A stretch of 64,000 bases of DNA from the NCBI GenBank assembly GCA_002269645.1, contig NIVC01002524.1, forward strand, positions 62,001 to 126,000. Direction: 5' to 3'. The DNA comes from Macrostomum lignano. Lineage: Eukaryota. Positions within the stretch are counted from its first letter, which is position 1. Every line of letters begins with the position of its first letter. Shown here piece by piece: positions 23,273 through 38,560 of the stretch. A model generated the notes under the pieces. The model was not told the DNA's origin. It worked only from the letters and a program-made list of their open reading frames with translations, and made no database searches. The position numbers and the translations under genes were made by a program.

Positions 23273-23704
23273 GCTACTAAAGAGACATCCTTGTAAAAAA
23301 AAATATGAAAACAGAAGTAACAGTAAATCTATAGGCTAGGCATAGGAGGCAGCCACTGGTTTTAAGCGCAATGTCTTATCGCAAAAATTGATCTAAATGA
23401 ACGCGCGGTGACTAATTATAAATGTACACCTGGGCCTGAATGTACAACCAGTGGCCTCACTGTCCTGTCCATTCTCACCCCCGAAACTCCGCCACAGGTG
23501 GGTAAACTGGCTGCGATGTTAGTTAACTGGTGTGTCCAATTCTTCAATATATATATAGCAGAGCTGTTCGCAATACTGCGTTTAGAAATATACTTTATTA
23601 AAGCAAAATCACCTTTGCACCTATATTGCTAAGTAAGTATAATTATTGCTGTTTTGTATTGTTGCTATTTTCTATACTTTGATGAAATACGAGCTAACAA
23701 TATC

Positions 23705-24688
23705 AACTTCTATGAGATAGAGTTAGCAAAGCTGTATCCAGGGCTCGTGAGTTCGAGCACTGGAGAGTCTAAAGAGTCCTGAGTTCGAGCACTGGAGAGT
23801 CTAAAGAGTCCTGAGTTCGAGCCCTGGAGAGTCTAGAGGGTTGTGTTTTCGAGCACTGGAGAGGGTCTAAAGAGTCCTGAGTTCGAGCACTGGAGAGTCT
23901 AAAGAGTCCTGAGTTCGAGCACTGGAGAGTCTAGAGGGTTGTGTTTTCGAGCACTGGAGAGTCTAAAGAGTCCTGAGTTCGAGCCCTGGAGAGTCTAGAG
24001 GGTCCCGAGTTCGAGCACTGGAAAGTCCAGAGGGTCGTGAGTTCGAGCACTGGAGAGGGTCTAAAGAGTCATGAGTTCGAACACCTGAGAGTCTAAAGAG
24101 TCCTGAGTTCGAGCCCTGGAGAGTCTAAAGAGTCCTGAGTTCGAGCACTGGAGAGTCTAAAGAGTCCTGAGTTCGAGCACTGGAGAGTCTAAAGAGTCCT
24201 GAGTTCGAGCCCTGGAGAGTCTAGAGGGTCCTCAGTTCGAGCACTGGCAAGTCCAGAGGGTTGTGAGTTCGAGCACTGGAGAGTCTAAAGAGTCATAAGT
24301 TCGAACACCTGAGAGTCTAAAGAGTCCTGAGTTCGAGCCCTGGAGAGTCTAGAGGGTCCCGAGTTCGAGCACTGGCAAGTCTAGAGGGTTGTGATTTTGA
24401 GCACTGGAGAGGGTCTAAAGAGTCATGAGTTCGAGCACTGGAGAGTCCAGAGAGTCGTGAGTTCGAGCACTGGCAAGTCTAGAGGGTCCTGAGTTCGAGC
24501 ACTGGAGAGTCTAGAGGGTCCTCAGTTCGAGCACTGGAGAGTCTAGAGGGTCGCGAGTTCGAGCACTGGAGAGTCCCAAGGGTCGCGAGTTCGAGCCCTG
24601 GAGAGTCTAGAGGGTCGCGAGTTCGAGCACTGGCGAGTCCCAAGGGTCGCGAGTTCGAGCACTGGAGAGTCCCAAGGGTCGCGAGTTT
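23705..24688. repeat. 32-bp minisatellite (GAGTTCGAGCACTGGAGAGTCTAAAGAGTCCT)
   Basis: About 30 units. Confidence 0.95.
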
Positions 24689-25209
24689 AAACATTCCGGA
24701 GATAACTGCGAGGCCAGAAATGGAACGCAGAGCACCCGAGCACTAATGAAGTTGGCAATGGATTCATCATGCTAGCTACACTTACTAAGCTCTTAGCCCA
24801 TCCAAACTACAGCAGCAGCCTTCAATTGGAGCTTAATCGATTTTCGATGGACAGATGGGTAGCCTCGAGATGGAATGGTCCCAGGCGATGTCAATATTGA
24901 TCAGCCCGAGTGCCCCAGCAACCACGCAGTGCTGCTGAGTTTAATGTGGATTCCCGGCCAAGATCGACTCCCAAACAGACCTTGCTGCTTTTCGTGAAGA
25001 TCAAAATAACAGTCAGTCTTCATGCAAACTGGCTTTCCGGGCTTCCAGATCAATGAAAACTCGCTGGGGAATTGTATTCGGCTGTCTGTGCGATCGGCAC
25101 TATGAAATGCTGATGGAAATCAATCTTTAATCTTCTGCAACCTTGTTTCTATTCTTCGGTACTCCTGAATCTGGGTACCCTGATACAGTGTACCCTCCGA
25201 TTCTGGGTT

Positions 25210-25765
25210 ACCTGATTCCCAGTAACCGGTATCAGATTCCCAGTAACCAGTGCTCGATTCCCAGTAACCGGTACCCATTTCCCAGTAACAGGTACCCGAT
25301 TTCCGGTAAACGGTACCCATTTCCCAGTAGCCGGTACCCATTTCCCAGTAGCCGGTACCCATTTCCCAGTAACCGGTACCCGATTCCCAGTAACAGGAAC
25401 CCGATTCCCAGTAACCGGTACCCATTTCCCAGTAACAGGTACCCGAATTCCGGTAAACGGTACCCATTTCCCAGTAGCCGGTACCCATTTCCCAGTAGCC
25501 GGTACCCATTTCCCAGTAACCGGTACCCGATTCCCAGTAACAGGAACCCGATTCCCAGTAACCGGAACCCGATTCCCAGTAACCGGAACCCGATTCCCAG
25601 TAACCGGAACTCGATTCCCAGTAACCGGAACTCGATTCCCAGTAACCGGAACCCGATTCCCAGTAACCGGTACCCGATTCCCAGTAAAATGGTACCCGAT
25701 TCCCAGTAAAACGGTACCCGATTCCCAGTAAAACGGTACCCGATTCCCAGTAAAACGGTACCCGA
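25210..25765. repeat. 21-bp minisatellite (CCCAGTAACCGGTACCCGATT)
   Basis: About 26 units. Confidence 0.95.
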
Positions 25766-25827
25766 ATTCTCACCTGGAATGGACCAGGAGTGCATAAGAA
25801 TGAAATTCTTACCCTCAGACTGTAAGC

Positions 25828-26049
25828 ATGAGCGCAGCGGGTCTATGCAACGCAATCCTGTGGCTACTGGTGCTGCTCCTACTCGCCTGGCCGCTGGGCT
25901 TCCTGTTGGTGTGGCTGTACATGCTGCTGTTGCCGTTCTCTGGCTGCATCCAGGCGCTGCGCTCCCTCACCGACCCGCTGCTGCACGTCGCCCAGCTGCC
26001 GCTGCGCTGCGCCGAGAACATGGTGCAGATGAAGCCGCTGTTCTCCTAG
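25828..26049 (+). CDS. Uncharacterised 73-aa hydrophobic (hairpin) membrane microprotein
   Basis: Strong GC3 codon bias (CTG/CTC/GTG); long hydrophobic stretch ILWLLVLLLLAWPLGFLLVWLYMLLLPF; upstream acceptor ccctcag 9 nt before the ATG; AATAAA at about 26170. Confidence 0.75.
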   Translation: MSAAGLCNAILWLLVLLLLAWPLGFLLVWLYMLLLPFSGCIQALRSLTDPLLHVAQLPLRCAENMVQMKPLFS

Positions 26050-26257
26050 ACTAACCAGATGGTGCCTTCCAAGTACAGTTGCACTTAGTATACCATTGCT
26101 CATAGCACCTCACCTGTTTTTAACCAATCATGCCGAAGGAAACAATACTGTTTTTATTCATTTTTTGATAATATAAACTGATCATCCGATTCAGGCGTGC
26201 CCTAATTGAGTCTAACACCTCTCGCATCTCCTACTTTTTCCTTGTAACTCATCTCTG

Positions 26258-26742
26258 TTCTCCCTCTCCCCAACCTGTTCTCCTCTCCCCAACCTGTTCT
26301 CCTCTCCCCATCCTGTTCTCCTCTCCCCATCCTGTTCTCCTCTCCCCATCCTGTTCTCCTCTCCCCATCCTGTTCTCCTCTCCCCAACCTGTTCCCCTCT
26401 CCCCATCCTGTTCTCCTCTCCCCATCCTGTTCTCCTCTCCCCATCCTGTTCTCCTCTCCCCATCCTGTTCTCCTCTCCCCAACCTGTTCCCCTCTCCCCA
26501 TCCTGTTCTCCTCTCCCCATCCTGTTCTCCTCTCCCCATCCTGTTCTCCTCTCCCCATCCTGTTCTCCTCTCCCCATCCAGTATTCCCTTTCCCTGTCCT
26601 GTTCCGCCTTTCCCCATCTGTTTTCCCTCTCCCCATCCTGTTCCGCCTCTCCCCATCCTGTTCTCTTCTCCCCATCCAGTTTTCCCTTTCCCTGTCCTGT
26701 TCCGCCTTTCCCCATCTGTTTTCCCTCTCCCCATCCTGTTCT
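26258..26742. repeat. 19-bp pyrimidine-rich minisatellite (CTCCTCTCCCCATCCTGTT)
   Basis: About 25 units. Confidence 0.95.
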
Positions 26743-27407
26743 TCATCAGTTCTCCTTTTTTAAATACAACTGAGCATATTATTGCTCACAGCGATATTTT
26801 TACTACGAGAGTAATAAATTGGCTGAACGAACATGCCCTGGGGGTTTGAGTCATTACTCATAAAAACGCGCTGACCAACATCCCCCACTCAAATATACAC
26901 AACGGTTTGCAGCCTCATCCAGTGCTTTAATTCTGTTTTGTGCGACATTGCGAGCGCAATAAAAATTTGAGACGTAGTATTCAATAATTTCAATAAATTA
27001 GATTCGCCGGCAGCTCCCTACGGGCTTGCTAGGACAGAGAGAAATAATAAAAGGTTAAGAGGCCAGCACAGAAATAGCAATATTCAGTTCTGTTCTTCTG
27101 GAAGAGGAAAGCTCCGGCAGCAACACCGGCAAGGGAGTTGGCTCAGAGCGGCCATTTGGCGGGGCGGTGCCGGAGGGCGAAATTTCCCCGCTGAGATTCC
27201 CCCCTCGCTGCGGCGATGGCTATAAATAATATCCTTATGGGGCTAAACCCTGGATGCCTCGAATTCTAATTAATAATTCATGCTCGACATCCAACTGCTG
27301 CGAGATTAGGCAGTAAAGTCTATGAACTCGGCTCTGCTTGTCTGCCTGGCTGCACTTGCGGACACAGTAAAGCACCCGCTGTCCTGTAGTGTGATTGTGG
27401 ATGGTAG

Positions 27408-28316
27408 CCCAGCAACTGAGGATCTGGGAGGCTGGCCCAGCAACTGAGGATCTGGGAGGCTGGCCCAGCAACTGAGGATCTGGGAGGCTGGCCCAGCAAC
27501 TGAGGATCTGGGAGGCTGGCCCAGCAACTGAGGATCTGGGAGGCTGGCCCAGCAACTGAGGATCTGGGAGGCTGGCCCAGCAACTGAGGATCTGGGAGGC
27601 TGGCCCAGCAACTGAGGATCTGGGAGGCTGGCCCAGCAACTGAGGATCTGGGGGGGGTGCGGTGGTCCACCAACTGAGGTTCTGAGAAGGGGCCAAACAA
27701 CAGAGGATCTGAGGTGGCCCGTGGCCCAGCAACTGAGGATCCGAGGGGGCCCAGCAACTGAGGATCCGAGGTGGCCCAGCAACTGAGGATCCGAGGTGGC
27801 CCAGCAACTGAGGATCCGAGGTGGCCCAGCAACTGAGGATCCGAGGTGGCCCAGCAACTGAGGATCCGAGGTGGCCCAGCAACTGAGGATCCGAGGTGAC
27901 CCAGCAACTGAGGATCCGAGAAGGTAGCCCAGCAACTGAGGATCTGGGAGGCTGGCCCAGAAACTGAGGATCTGGGAGGCTGGCCCAGCAACTGTGGATC
28001 TGGGAGGCTGGCCCAGCAACTGAGGATCTGGGAGGCTGGCCCAGCAACTGAGGATCTGGGAGGCTGGCCCAGAAACTGAGGATCTGGGAGGCTGGCCCAG
28101 CAACTAAGGATCTGGGAGGCTGGCCCAGCAGCTGAGGATCTGGGAGGCTGGCCCAGCAGCTGAGGATCTGGGAGGCTGGCTCAGCAACTGAGGATCTGGG
28201 AGGCTGGCCCAGAATTGAGGATCTGGGAGGCTGGCCCAGCAGCTAAGGATCTGGGAGGCTGGCCCAGCAGCTGAGGATCTGGGAGGCTGGCCCAGCAACT
28301 GAGGATCTGGGAGGCT
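27408..28316. repeat. 28-bp minisatellite (GGCCCAGCAACTGAGGATCTGGGAGGCT) with an internal 25-bp variant block
   Basis: Tandem units; variant block at about 27720-27925. Confidence 0.95.
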
Positions 28317-28924
28317 GAAGATGGACAAGCAATTAAAGAAATTTTTTCTATTGAAGAAGGTGGCGTACCTGAGAATGCAGATAGCCCCGGAGACAATAAG
28401 GCATACAAAAAGGTTTCACCCAATGAAACGTAGAGAAATCAGCCAGCCGTCTGCAACGTACGATTTCAATTGAATTAAACTAAGCTACTGCAAATCCAAA
28501 GAACCGTGCCGTGTCCGGCAGGAGTATTCTATAAGCAATTAAACATCTGGCCGCGCTCCCTGGCTCGGTTTAAATATTTCAACCGCAATGCAGCAGTTGG
28601 CCTCTCTCACGTGACTTGCTTTAAAAAGTGCAAATAACAAAATTTAAGGCCGAATTAGAAAAATAATTCAACAAAAAACAATCATATTCTCTACGGTTTA
28701 ATAAGGTGACGACTCCTCAAACCACATTGGCCAGCGTGTGTGCGCAAAACTCTTCAAATTCAAAACAAATTGCATATCTATTCTGCTTAGCTAATCATGC
28801 TACAAAATTATAACAGTGCAGTAACAGTAATAGTACGAGCGTATTACTAATATTAGAATGGAGAGAGGGCACTTAAAAGTACATTAGCATTAGGCTGAAA
28901 ACGGGTTACCTATTGAGGAAGACG

Positions 28925-29442
28925 GGTTCAATGAAGGACACGGGATGGTGACAGGTTCACTGAAGGACACGGAGGGTGACGGTTCACTGAAGGACACGGG
29001 ATGGTGACGGGTTCACTGAAGGACACGGGAGGGTGACAGGTTCACTGAAGGACACGGGAGGGTGACAGGTTCACTGAAGGACACGGGAGGGTGACGGGTT
29101 CACTGAAGGACACGGGATGGTGACGGGTTCACTGAAGGACACGGGAGGGTGACAGGTTCACTGAAGGACACGGGAGGGTGACAGGTTCACTGAAGGACAC
29201 GGGAGGGTGACGGGTTCACTGAAGGACACGGGATGGTGACAGGTTCACTGAAGGACACGGGATGGTGACAGGTTCACTGAAGGACACGGGAGGGTGACAG
29301 GTTCACTGAAGGACACGGGAGGGTGACGGGTTCACTGAAGTACACGGGATGGTGACGGGTTCAGTGAAGACACGGGATGGTGACAGGTTCAGTGAAGGAC
29401 ACGGGATGGTGAAATGTTCAGTGAAGGACACGGGAGGGTGAC
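28925..29442. repeat. 29-bp minisatellite (GAAGGACACGGGAGGGTGACAGGTTCACT)
   Basis: About 17 units. Confidence 0.95.
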
Positions 29443-30067
29443 GAGCTAAAACTGAAAAAGGGAAAATTTCCAATCAAATAAGACAGCCAACAACAGCGGT
29501 ATTACAGCAGCGCACCGACTGCTTAGAGCAGATTAGAACCATTATGCAAGAAATCAGAAGAACTCAATGGTAATTCAACAAGTAAAGTCCAGAATATTTT
29601 CGGGAGCTAATATACTATAGGCATGCAGCAGTGCGACACGAAACACATTGAAGAGGTTTAAGCAATAATAACATCACCCAGCCTGCATAGAGGTTCATCG
29701 TGCAAAGGCATAAAACTGAAGGAAACCGAGATTATCAAGGCAGCAGCACTAACCGCAATGGAATGCCATATGTACATAAAGCGGGCAGGCAGATTTAAGG
29801 CTGAAAAATAATAATAAAAGTCAAGATCACGTTTACAACTAAACCAGAAGACAGGAATGCTGGCAATAACTAATTAATAAATCACTGATTAATATAAACC
29901 GATTAAGAAAAGCGAGAAACATTCTCAGTGCGCAGGTGTGCGTGCGTCAGACTTGCGCAATAAATCAATTGCTATGCTGTCATTCTTATGGCAACAGAGG
30001 GAGTGCATCACGGAGCTAATTAAGGAAGACTAGTAGGCTTTAGCATTAAGCATGGGAAAGAAATCGT

Positions 30068-31247
30068 GTCAGTGTCAAAGTGTCAGATAGTGTATCTCCA
30101 ACTGTGTCAAGTGTCAGATAGTGTCTCCAACTGTGTCAAGTGTCAGATAGTATCTCCAACTGTGTCAAGTGTCAGATAGTGTATCTCCAACTGTGTCAAG
30201 TGTCAGATAGTGTATCTCCAACTGTGTCAAAGTGTCAGATAGTATCTCCAACTGTGTCAAGTGTCAGATAGTGTATCTCCAACTGTGTCAAGTGTCAGAT
30301 AGTGTATCTCCAACTGTGTCAAGTGTCAGATAGTGTATCTCCAACTGTGTCAAGTGTCAGATAGTATCTCCAACTGTGTCAAGTGTCAGATAGTATCTCC
30401 AACTGTGTCAAGTGTCAGATAGTATCTCCAACTGTGTCAAGTGTCAGATAGTATCTCCAACTGTGTCAAGTGTCAGATAGTATCTGCAACTGTGTCAAGT
30501 GTCAGATAGTATCTCTAACTGTGTCAAGTGTCAGATAGTATCTCCAACTGTGTCAAGTGTCAGATAGTATCTCCAACTGTGTTAAGTGTCAGATAGTGTA
30601 TCTCCAACTGTGTCAAGTGTCAGATAGTATCTCCAACTGTGTCAAGTGTCAGATAGTATCTCCAACTGTGTCAAGTGTCAGATAGTATCTCCAACTGTGT
30701 CAAGTGTCAGATAGTATCTCCAACTGTGTCAAGTGTCAGATAGTATCTCCAACTGTGTCAAATGTCAGATAGTATCTCCAACTGTGTCAAGTGTCAGATA
30801 GTATCTCCAACTGTGTCAAGTGTCAGATAGTATCTCCAACTGTGTCAAGTGTCAGATAGTATCTCCAACTGTGTTAAGTGTCAGATAGTGTATCTCCAAC
30901 TGTGTTAAGTGTCAGATAGTGTATCTCCAACTGTGTCAAGTGTCAGATAGTATCTCCAACTGTGTCAAGTGTCAGATAGTATCTCCAACTGTGTCAAGTG
31001 TCAGATAGTATCTCCAACTGTGTCAAGTGTCAGATAGTATCTCCAACTGTGTCAAGTGTCAGATAGTATCTCCAACTGTGTCAAGTGTCAGATAGTATCT
31101 CCAACTGTGTCAAGTGTCAGATAGTATCTCCAACTGTGTCAAGTGTCAGATAGTATCTCCAACTGTGTCAAATGTCAGATAGTATCTCCAACTGTGTCAA
31201 GTGTCAGATAGTATCTCCAACTGTGTCCAGTGTCAGGCAGTATCTCC
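30068..31247. repeat. 29/31-bp minisatellite (TGTCAAGTGTCAGATAGTATCTCCAACTG)
   Basis: About 40 units, beginning about 40 nt past the VMAC-like stop codon. Confidence 0.95.
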
Positions 31248-31284
31248 AGAGATGCAATACAAAAGTCGCATGTCACTAGTCTGC

Positions 31285-33228
31285 TCAAGCGTACAATTCC
31301 TTCTCAATCTTCTCCCCATTGGGCAGAGTGAGCTGCTGTTGCTGTTGACCAGCCGAGCCGTTTGCTGCCCGCTGAAGCAGCCGCTCGTTGGTGCTGGGCT
31401 CCCTGGGTTTCTCCCTGGGATCGTAGGCCTCCCGGTTGACATTGTACTTAGTGAACTGCTCAACCTGCTCCAAGGTGATCGTGATTTTAGCTAGAGCTGT
31501 CTTGTACTGCACCAGCTCGTCCACCATCTGGCAGCGCTGGCGCAGAGTCCGCATTTCGTGGTCCTTGCGCTCCAGAAGGTCAGTGAGACGGTTTACCTGT
31601 TAAGGGGTTCAGCGATTAGCAATTTAGCACACAGGTTTAAGGTCCAATTGTGAAGCTGGTGAGGGACCAGTTCTGAAGCTGGTGAGGGACTAGTTCTGAA
31701 GCTGGTGAGGGACCAGTTCTGAAGTTGGTGAGGGACCAGTCCTGAAGCTGGTGAGGGACCAGTCCTGAAGCTGGTGAGGGACCAGTCCTGAAGCTGGTGA
31801 GGGACCAGTACTGAAGCTAGTGAGAGACCAGTCCTGACGCTAGTGAGGGACCAGTCCTGAAGCTGGTGAGGGACCAGTACTGAAGCTGGTGAGGGACCAG
31901 TACTGAAGCTAGTGAGAGACCAGTCCTGACGCTAGTGAGGGACCAGTCCTGAAGCTGGTGAGGGACCAGTACTGAAGCTAGTGAGAGACCAGTCCTGACG
32001 CTAGTGAGGGACCAGTCCTGAAGCTGGTGAGGGACCAGTACTGAAGCTAGTGAGGGACCAGTCCTGAAGCTGGTGAGGGACCAGTTCTGACGCTAGTGAG
32101 GGACCAGTTCTGAAGCTGGTGAGGGACCAGTACTGAAGCTAGTGAGGGACCAGTCCTGAAGCTGGTGAGGGACCAGTCCTGAAGCTGGTGAGGGACCAGT
32201 ACTGAAGCTAGTGAGGGACCAGTCCTGAAGCTGGTCAGAGACCAGTCCTGAAGCTGGTGAGGGACCAGTACTGACGCTAGTGAGGGACCAGTCCTGACGC
32301 TAGTGAGGGACCAGTCCTGACGCTAGTGAGGGACCAGTCCTGACGCTAGTGAGGGACCAGTTCTGAAGTTGGTGAGGGACCAGTCCTGAAGCTGGTGAGG
32401 GACCAGTCCTGAAGCTGGTGAGGGACCAGTCCTGAAGCTGGTGAGGGACCAGTACTGAAGCTAGTGAGAGACCAGTCCTGACGCTAGTGAGGGACCAGTC
32501 CTGAAGCTGGTGAGGGACCAGTACTGAAGCTGGTGAGGGACCAGTACTGAAGCTAGTGAGGGACCAGTCCTGACGCTAGTGAGGGACCAGTCCTGAAGCT
32601 GGTGAGGGACCAGTACTGAAGCTAGTGAGAGACCAGTCCTGACGCTAGTGAGGGACCAGTCCTGAAGCTGGTGAGGGACCAGTACTGAAGCTAGTGAGGG
32701 ACCAGTCCTGAAGCTGGTGAGGGACCAGTCCTGAAGCTAGTGAGGGACCAGTCCTGAAGCTGGTGAGGGACCAGTCCTGACGCTAGTGAGGGAACAGTCC
32801 TGAAGCTAGTGAGGGACCAGTCCTGACGCTAGTGAGGGACCAGTCCTGACGCTAGTGAGGGACCAGTCCTGACGCTAGTGAGGGACCAGTCCTGAAGCTG
32901 GTGAGGGACCAGTCCTGACGCTAGTGAGGGAACAGTCCTGAAGTCGGTAAAGTACAGCTCTTGAAGGTGTGTAAGGGGCCAGTCTCTAACTCCAACTAAC
33001 CTGAGTCGTAGCTTTGCTCAGCTTCTGTCCCATGGCGTCCATCTCTCGCTGATACCTGGCCGACATCTCCGACACCATCTGATGCGCCTCGGCGTCTTTC
33101 TGTTGAGCTTGAGCCTCCATATCGGCGCAGCGAGCCTCCAGTTGAGCCACGCGCTCCATCATTGCTGAGAGGTGTTTGTTAGCCTCCTCTATGCTGGTCT
33201 TGTTGTGCGGCCCGGCTGAAGACCACAT
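31285..33228 (-). CDS. VMAC: VMAC-like coiled-coil protein, about 179 aa; complement(join(31285..31596,33001..33228))
   Basis: SIEEANKHLSAMMERVAQLEAR resembles human VMAC [22 protein letters not shown] (recalled), and VNRLTDLLERKDHEMRTL resembles VHSLQATVHQRDELIRQL. Phase-0 intron CAG|gttagt...ttaacag|GTA. The frame is open upstream to an acceptor at 33325, so the start could lie further 5'. Confidence 0.7.
31655..32942. repeat. 23-bp minisatellite (GAGGGACCAGTCCTGAAGCTGGT) filling the VMAC-like intron
   Basis: About 55 units. Confidence 0.95.
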
Positions 33229-33444
33229 GCTGAGGCTGCTTCTGTCAGCTGGGTACACAGCTTCTTTGTGATAGACGCTGACTGCGCTGGTGGCTGTTAC
33301 AGCTAATTGCGGCTGCCGCTGAGGCTGCGGGATAAAATTCGAAGGTGAGACATGCTAACTACAGGAGCCAGTAGTGGATATTGCACGACTAAGGCGACGG
33401 TGTGTAGAGCATCGTTACGTTGTTGTTTGTTATCTACACTAGGT

Positions 33445-34310
33445 GGGGACACATGTCTCGAGGTGCCACTAGATGTCTCAAGGTTGCCTAGTATCTACAG
33501 ACGAGGACACATGCCACTAGATGTCTCAAGTTTGCCTAGTATCTACAGATGGGGACACATGCCACTAGATGTCTCAAGTTTGCCTAGTATCTACAGATGA
33601 GGACACATGCCACTAGATGTCTCAAGGTTGCCTAGTATCTACAGATGAGGACACATGCCACTAGATGTCTCAAGGTTGCCTAGTATCTACAGATGAGGAC
33701 ACATGCCACTAGATGTCTCAAGTTTGCCTAGTATCTACAGATGAGGACACATGCCACTAGATGTCTTAAGTTTGCCTAGTATCTACAGATGAGGACACAT
33801 GCCACTAGATGTCTCAAGTTTGCCTAGTATCTACAGATGAGGACACATGCCAATAGATGTCTCAAGTTTGCCTAGTATCTACAGACGAGGACACATGCCA
33901 CTAGATGCCTCAAGTTTGCCTAGTATCTACAGATACGGGACACATGCCACTAGATGTCTCAAGTTTGCCTAGTATCTACAGATGAGGACACATGCCACTA
34001 GATGTCTCAAGTTTGCCTAGTATCTACAGATATGGGGACACATGCCACTAGATGTCTCAAGGTTGCCTAGTATCTACAGATATGGGGACACATGCCACTA
34101 GATGTCTCAAGGTTGCCTAGTATCTACAGATATGGGGACACATGCCACTAGATGTCTCAAGGTTGCCTAGTATCTACAGATATGGGGACACATGCCACTA
34201 GATGTCTCAAGGTTGCCTAGTATCTACAGATATGGGGACACATGCCACTAGATATCTCAAGGTTGCCTAGTATCTACAGATACGGGACACATTTCAAGGT
34301 GCCGCTAGAC
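33445..34310. repeat. 48/50-bp minisatellite (GAGGACACATGCCACTAGATGTCTCAAGTTTGCCTAGTATCTACAGAT)
   Basis: About 17 units. Confidence 0.95.
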
Positions 34311-34532
34311 AACATATTAGCTATTAGCTTGTTGAAATCCAAAGGTACAGAAATGAAAAGAACGCAAGACATTCGGAGCCAATATTTTTCAATCCACGGT
34401 ACTATCATTTTTGCTTTTGCTTTTTTATCGTAACGCATCGCAAGTCGCCTTGATATTCCACGCTCGAACAGACACTCAATATTCTGCAGTCAGCTTGACA
34501 GTCAAAAACCCAAAATTGTTTAATCCCCAGCC

Positions 34533-36336
<1,804 letters not shown>

Positions 36337-36690
36337 TTGTCAAGTTGACGGTTAGTACTGAAATTGTGTTTATTCCCGAGTATTTAGCCTGCGATGCTGG
36401 TTGAAAACGATAGACTTGGCTAGCTAGAAAATTTTATTTTCAATTCCTACTCTGGGTCTAGCAGAAAAAGCAGCAAGAACCAAAAGAAGCACAAGACAAT
36501 AACCGAATTTTCAAGCTTTATTTTCAATCCATCGTGGAACAGACGCCCAAAGGTGCTGCATTTATATTTTGCCCGCTACTCAAATTTTCTTTCGCAAAAC
36601 AAAAAATGAACGCTTTCAGAGCACAGAAGCAGAGCAGTTGCAGTCAAAAGGGGGCAGAAAGTTTTCGCCAAACGCCGATAACGCCAATAT

Positions 36691-37843
<1,153 letters not shown>

Positions 37844-37964
37844 GGTTATGCGTGGCTAGCACTGCATGCATTAAATAATACATATCACCTTCAAGCCAAC
37901 AGTAAATCTTAAAGATATTATCGACGAGCGCTTTGTGCACTTTTAAATACTCAGTAAGGGGGGG

Positions 37965-38560
37965 TTAAGAGGGGAAAGACTTCGTGGGGGCGGTTTTAGA
38001 GCGGAAAAGACTCCGTGGGGGGCGGTTTTAGAGGGGAAAAGACTCCATGGGGGCGGTTTTAGAGCGAAAAAGGCTCCGTGGGGGCGGTTTTAGAGCGGAA
38101 AAGACTCCGTGGGGGGCGGTTTTAGAGGGGAAAAGACTCCGTGGGGGCGGTTTTAGAGCGGAAAAGACTCCGTGGGGGCGGTTTTAGAGCGGAAAAGACT
38201 CCGTGGGGGCGGTTTACAGCGGAAAAGACTCCGTGGGGGCGGTTTTAGAGCGGAAAAGACTCCGTGGGGGCGGTTTTAGAGCGGAAAAGACTCCGTGGGT
38301 GCGGTTTTAGAGCGGAAAAGACTCCGTGGGGGCGGTTTTAGAGGGGAAAAGACTCCGTGGGGGCGGTTTACAGGGGAAAAGACTCCGTGGGGGCGGTTTT
38401 AGAGCGGAAAAGACTCCGTGGGGGCGGTTTTAGAGCGGAAAAGACTCCGTGGGGGCGGTTTTAGAGGGGAAAAGACTCCGTGGGGGCGGTTTACAGGGGA
38501 AAAGACTCCGTGGGGGCGGTTTTAGACTTTTAGAGCGGAAAAGACTCCGTGGGGTGGGGG
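37965..38560. repeat. 31/32-bp minisatellite (GGGGGCGGTTTTAGAGCGGAAAAGACTCCGT) upstream of RPS5 copy B
   Basis: About 18 units. Confidence 0.93.

Noticed and set aside
22215-23339. Three overlapping ORFs of about 300-370 aa
   Set aside because: Open frames of a stop-free 34-bp minisatellite.
28310-28436. Short acidic frame EAEDGQAIKEIFSIEEGG... after the 28-bp array
   Set aside because: No clear acceptor or partner exons and no recognisable motif.
22365-33000. Arrays of 23-36-bp repeats as CRISPR arrays
   Set aside because: Units are contiguous with no unique spacers, no cas genes are present, and the context is eukaryotic.
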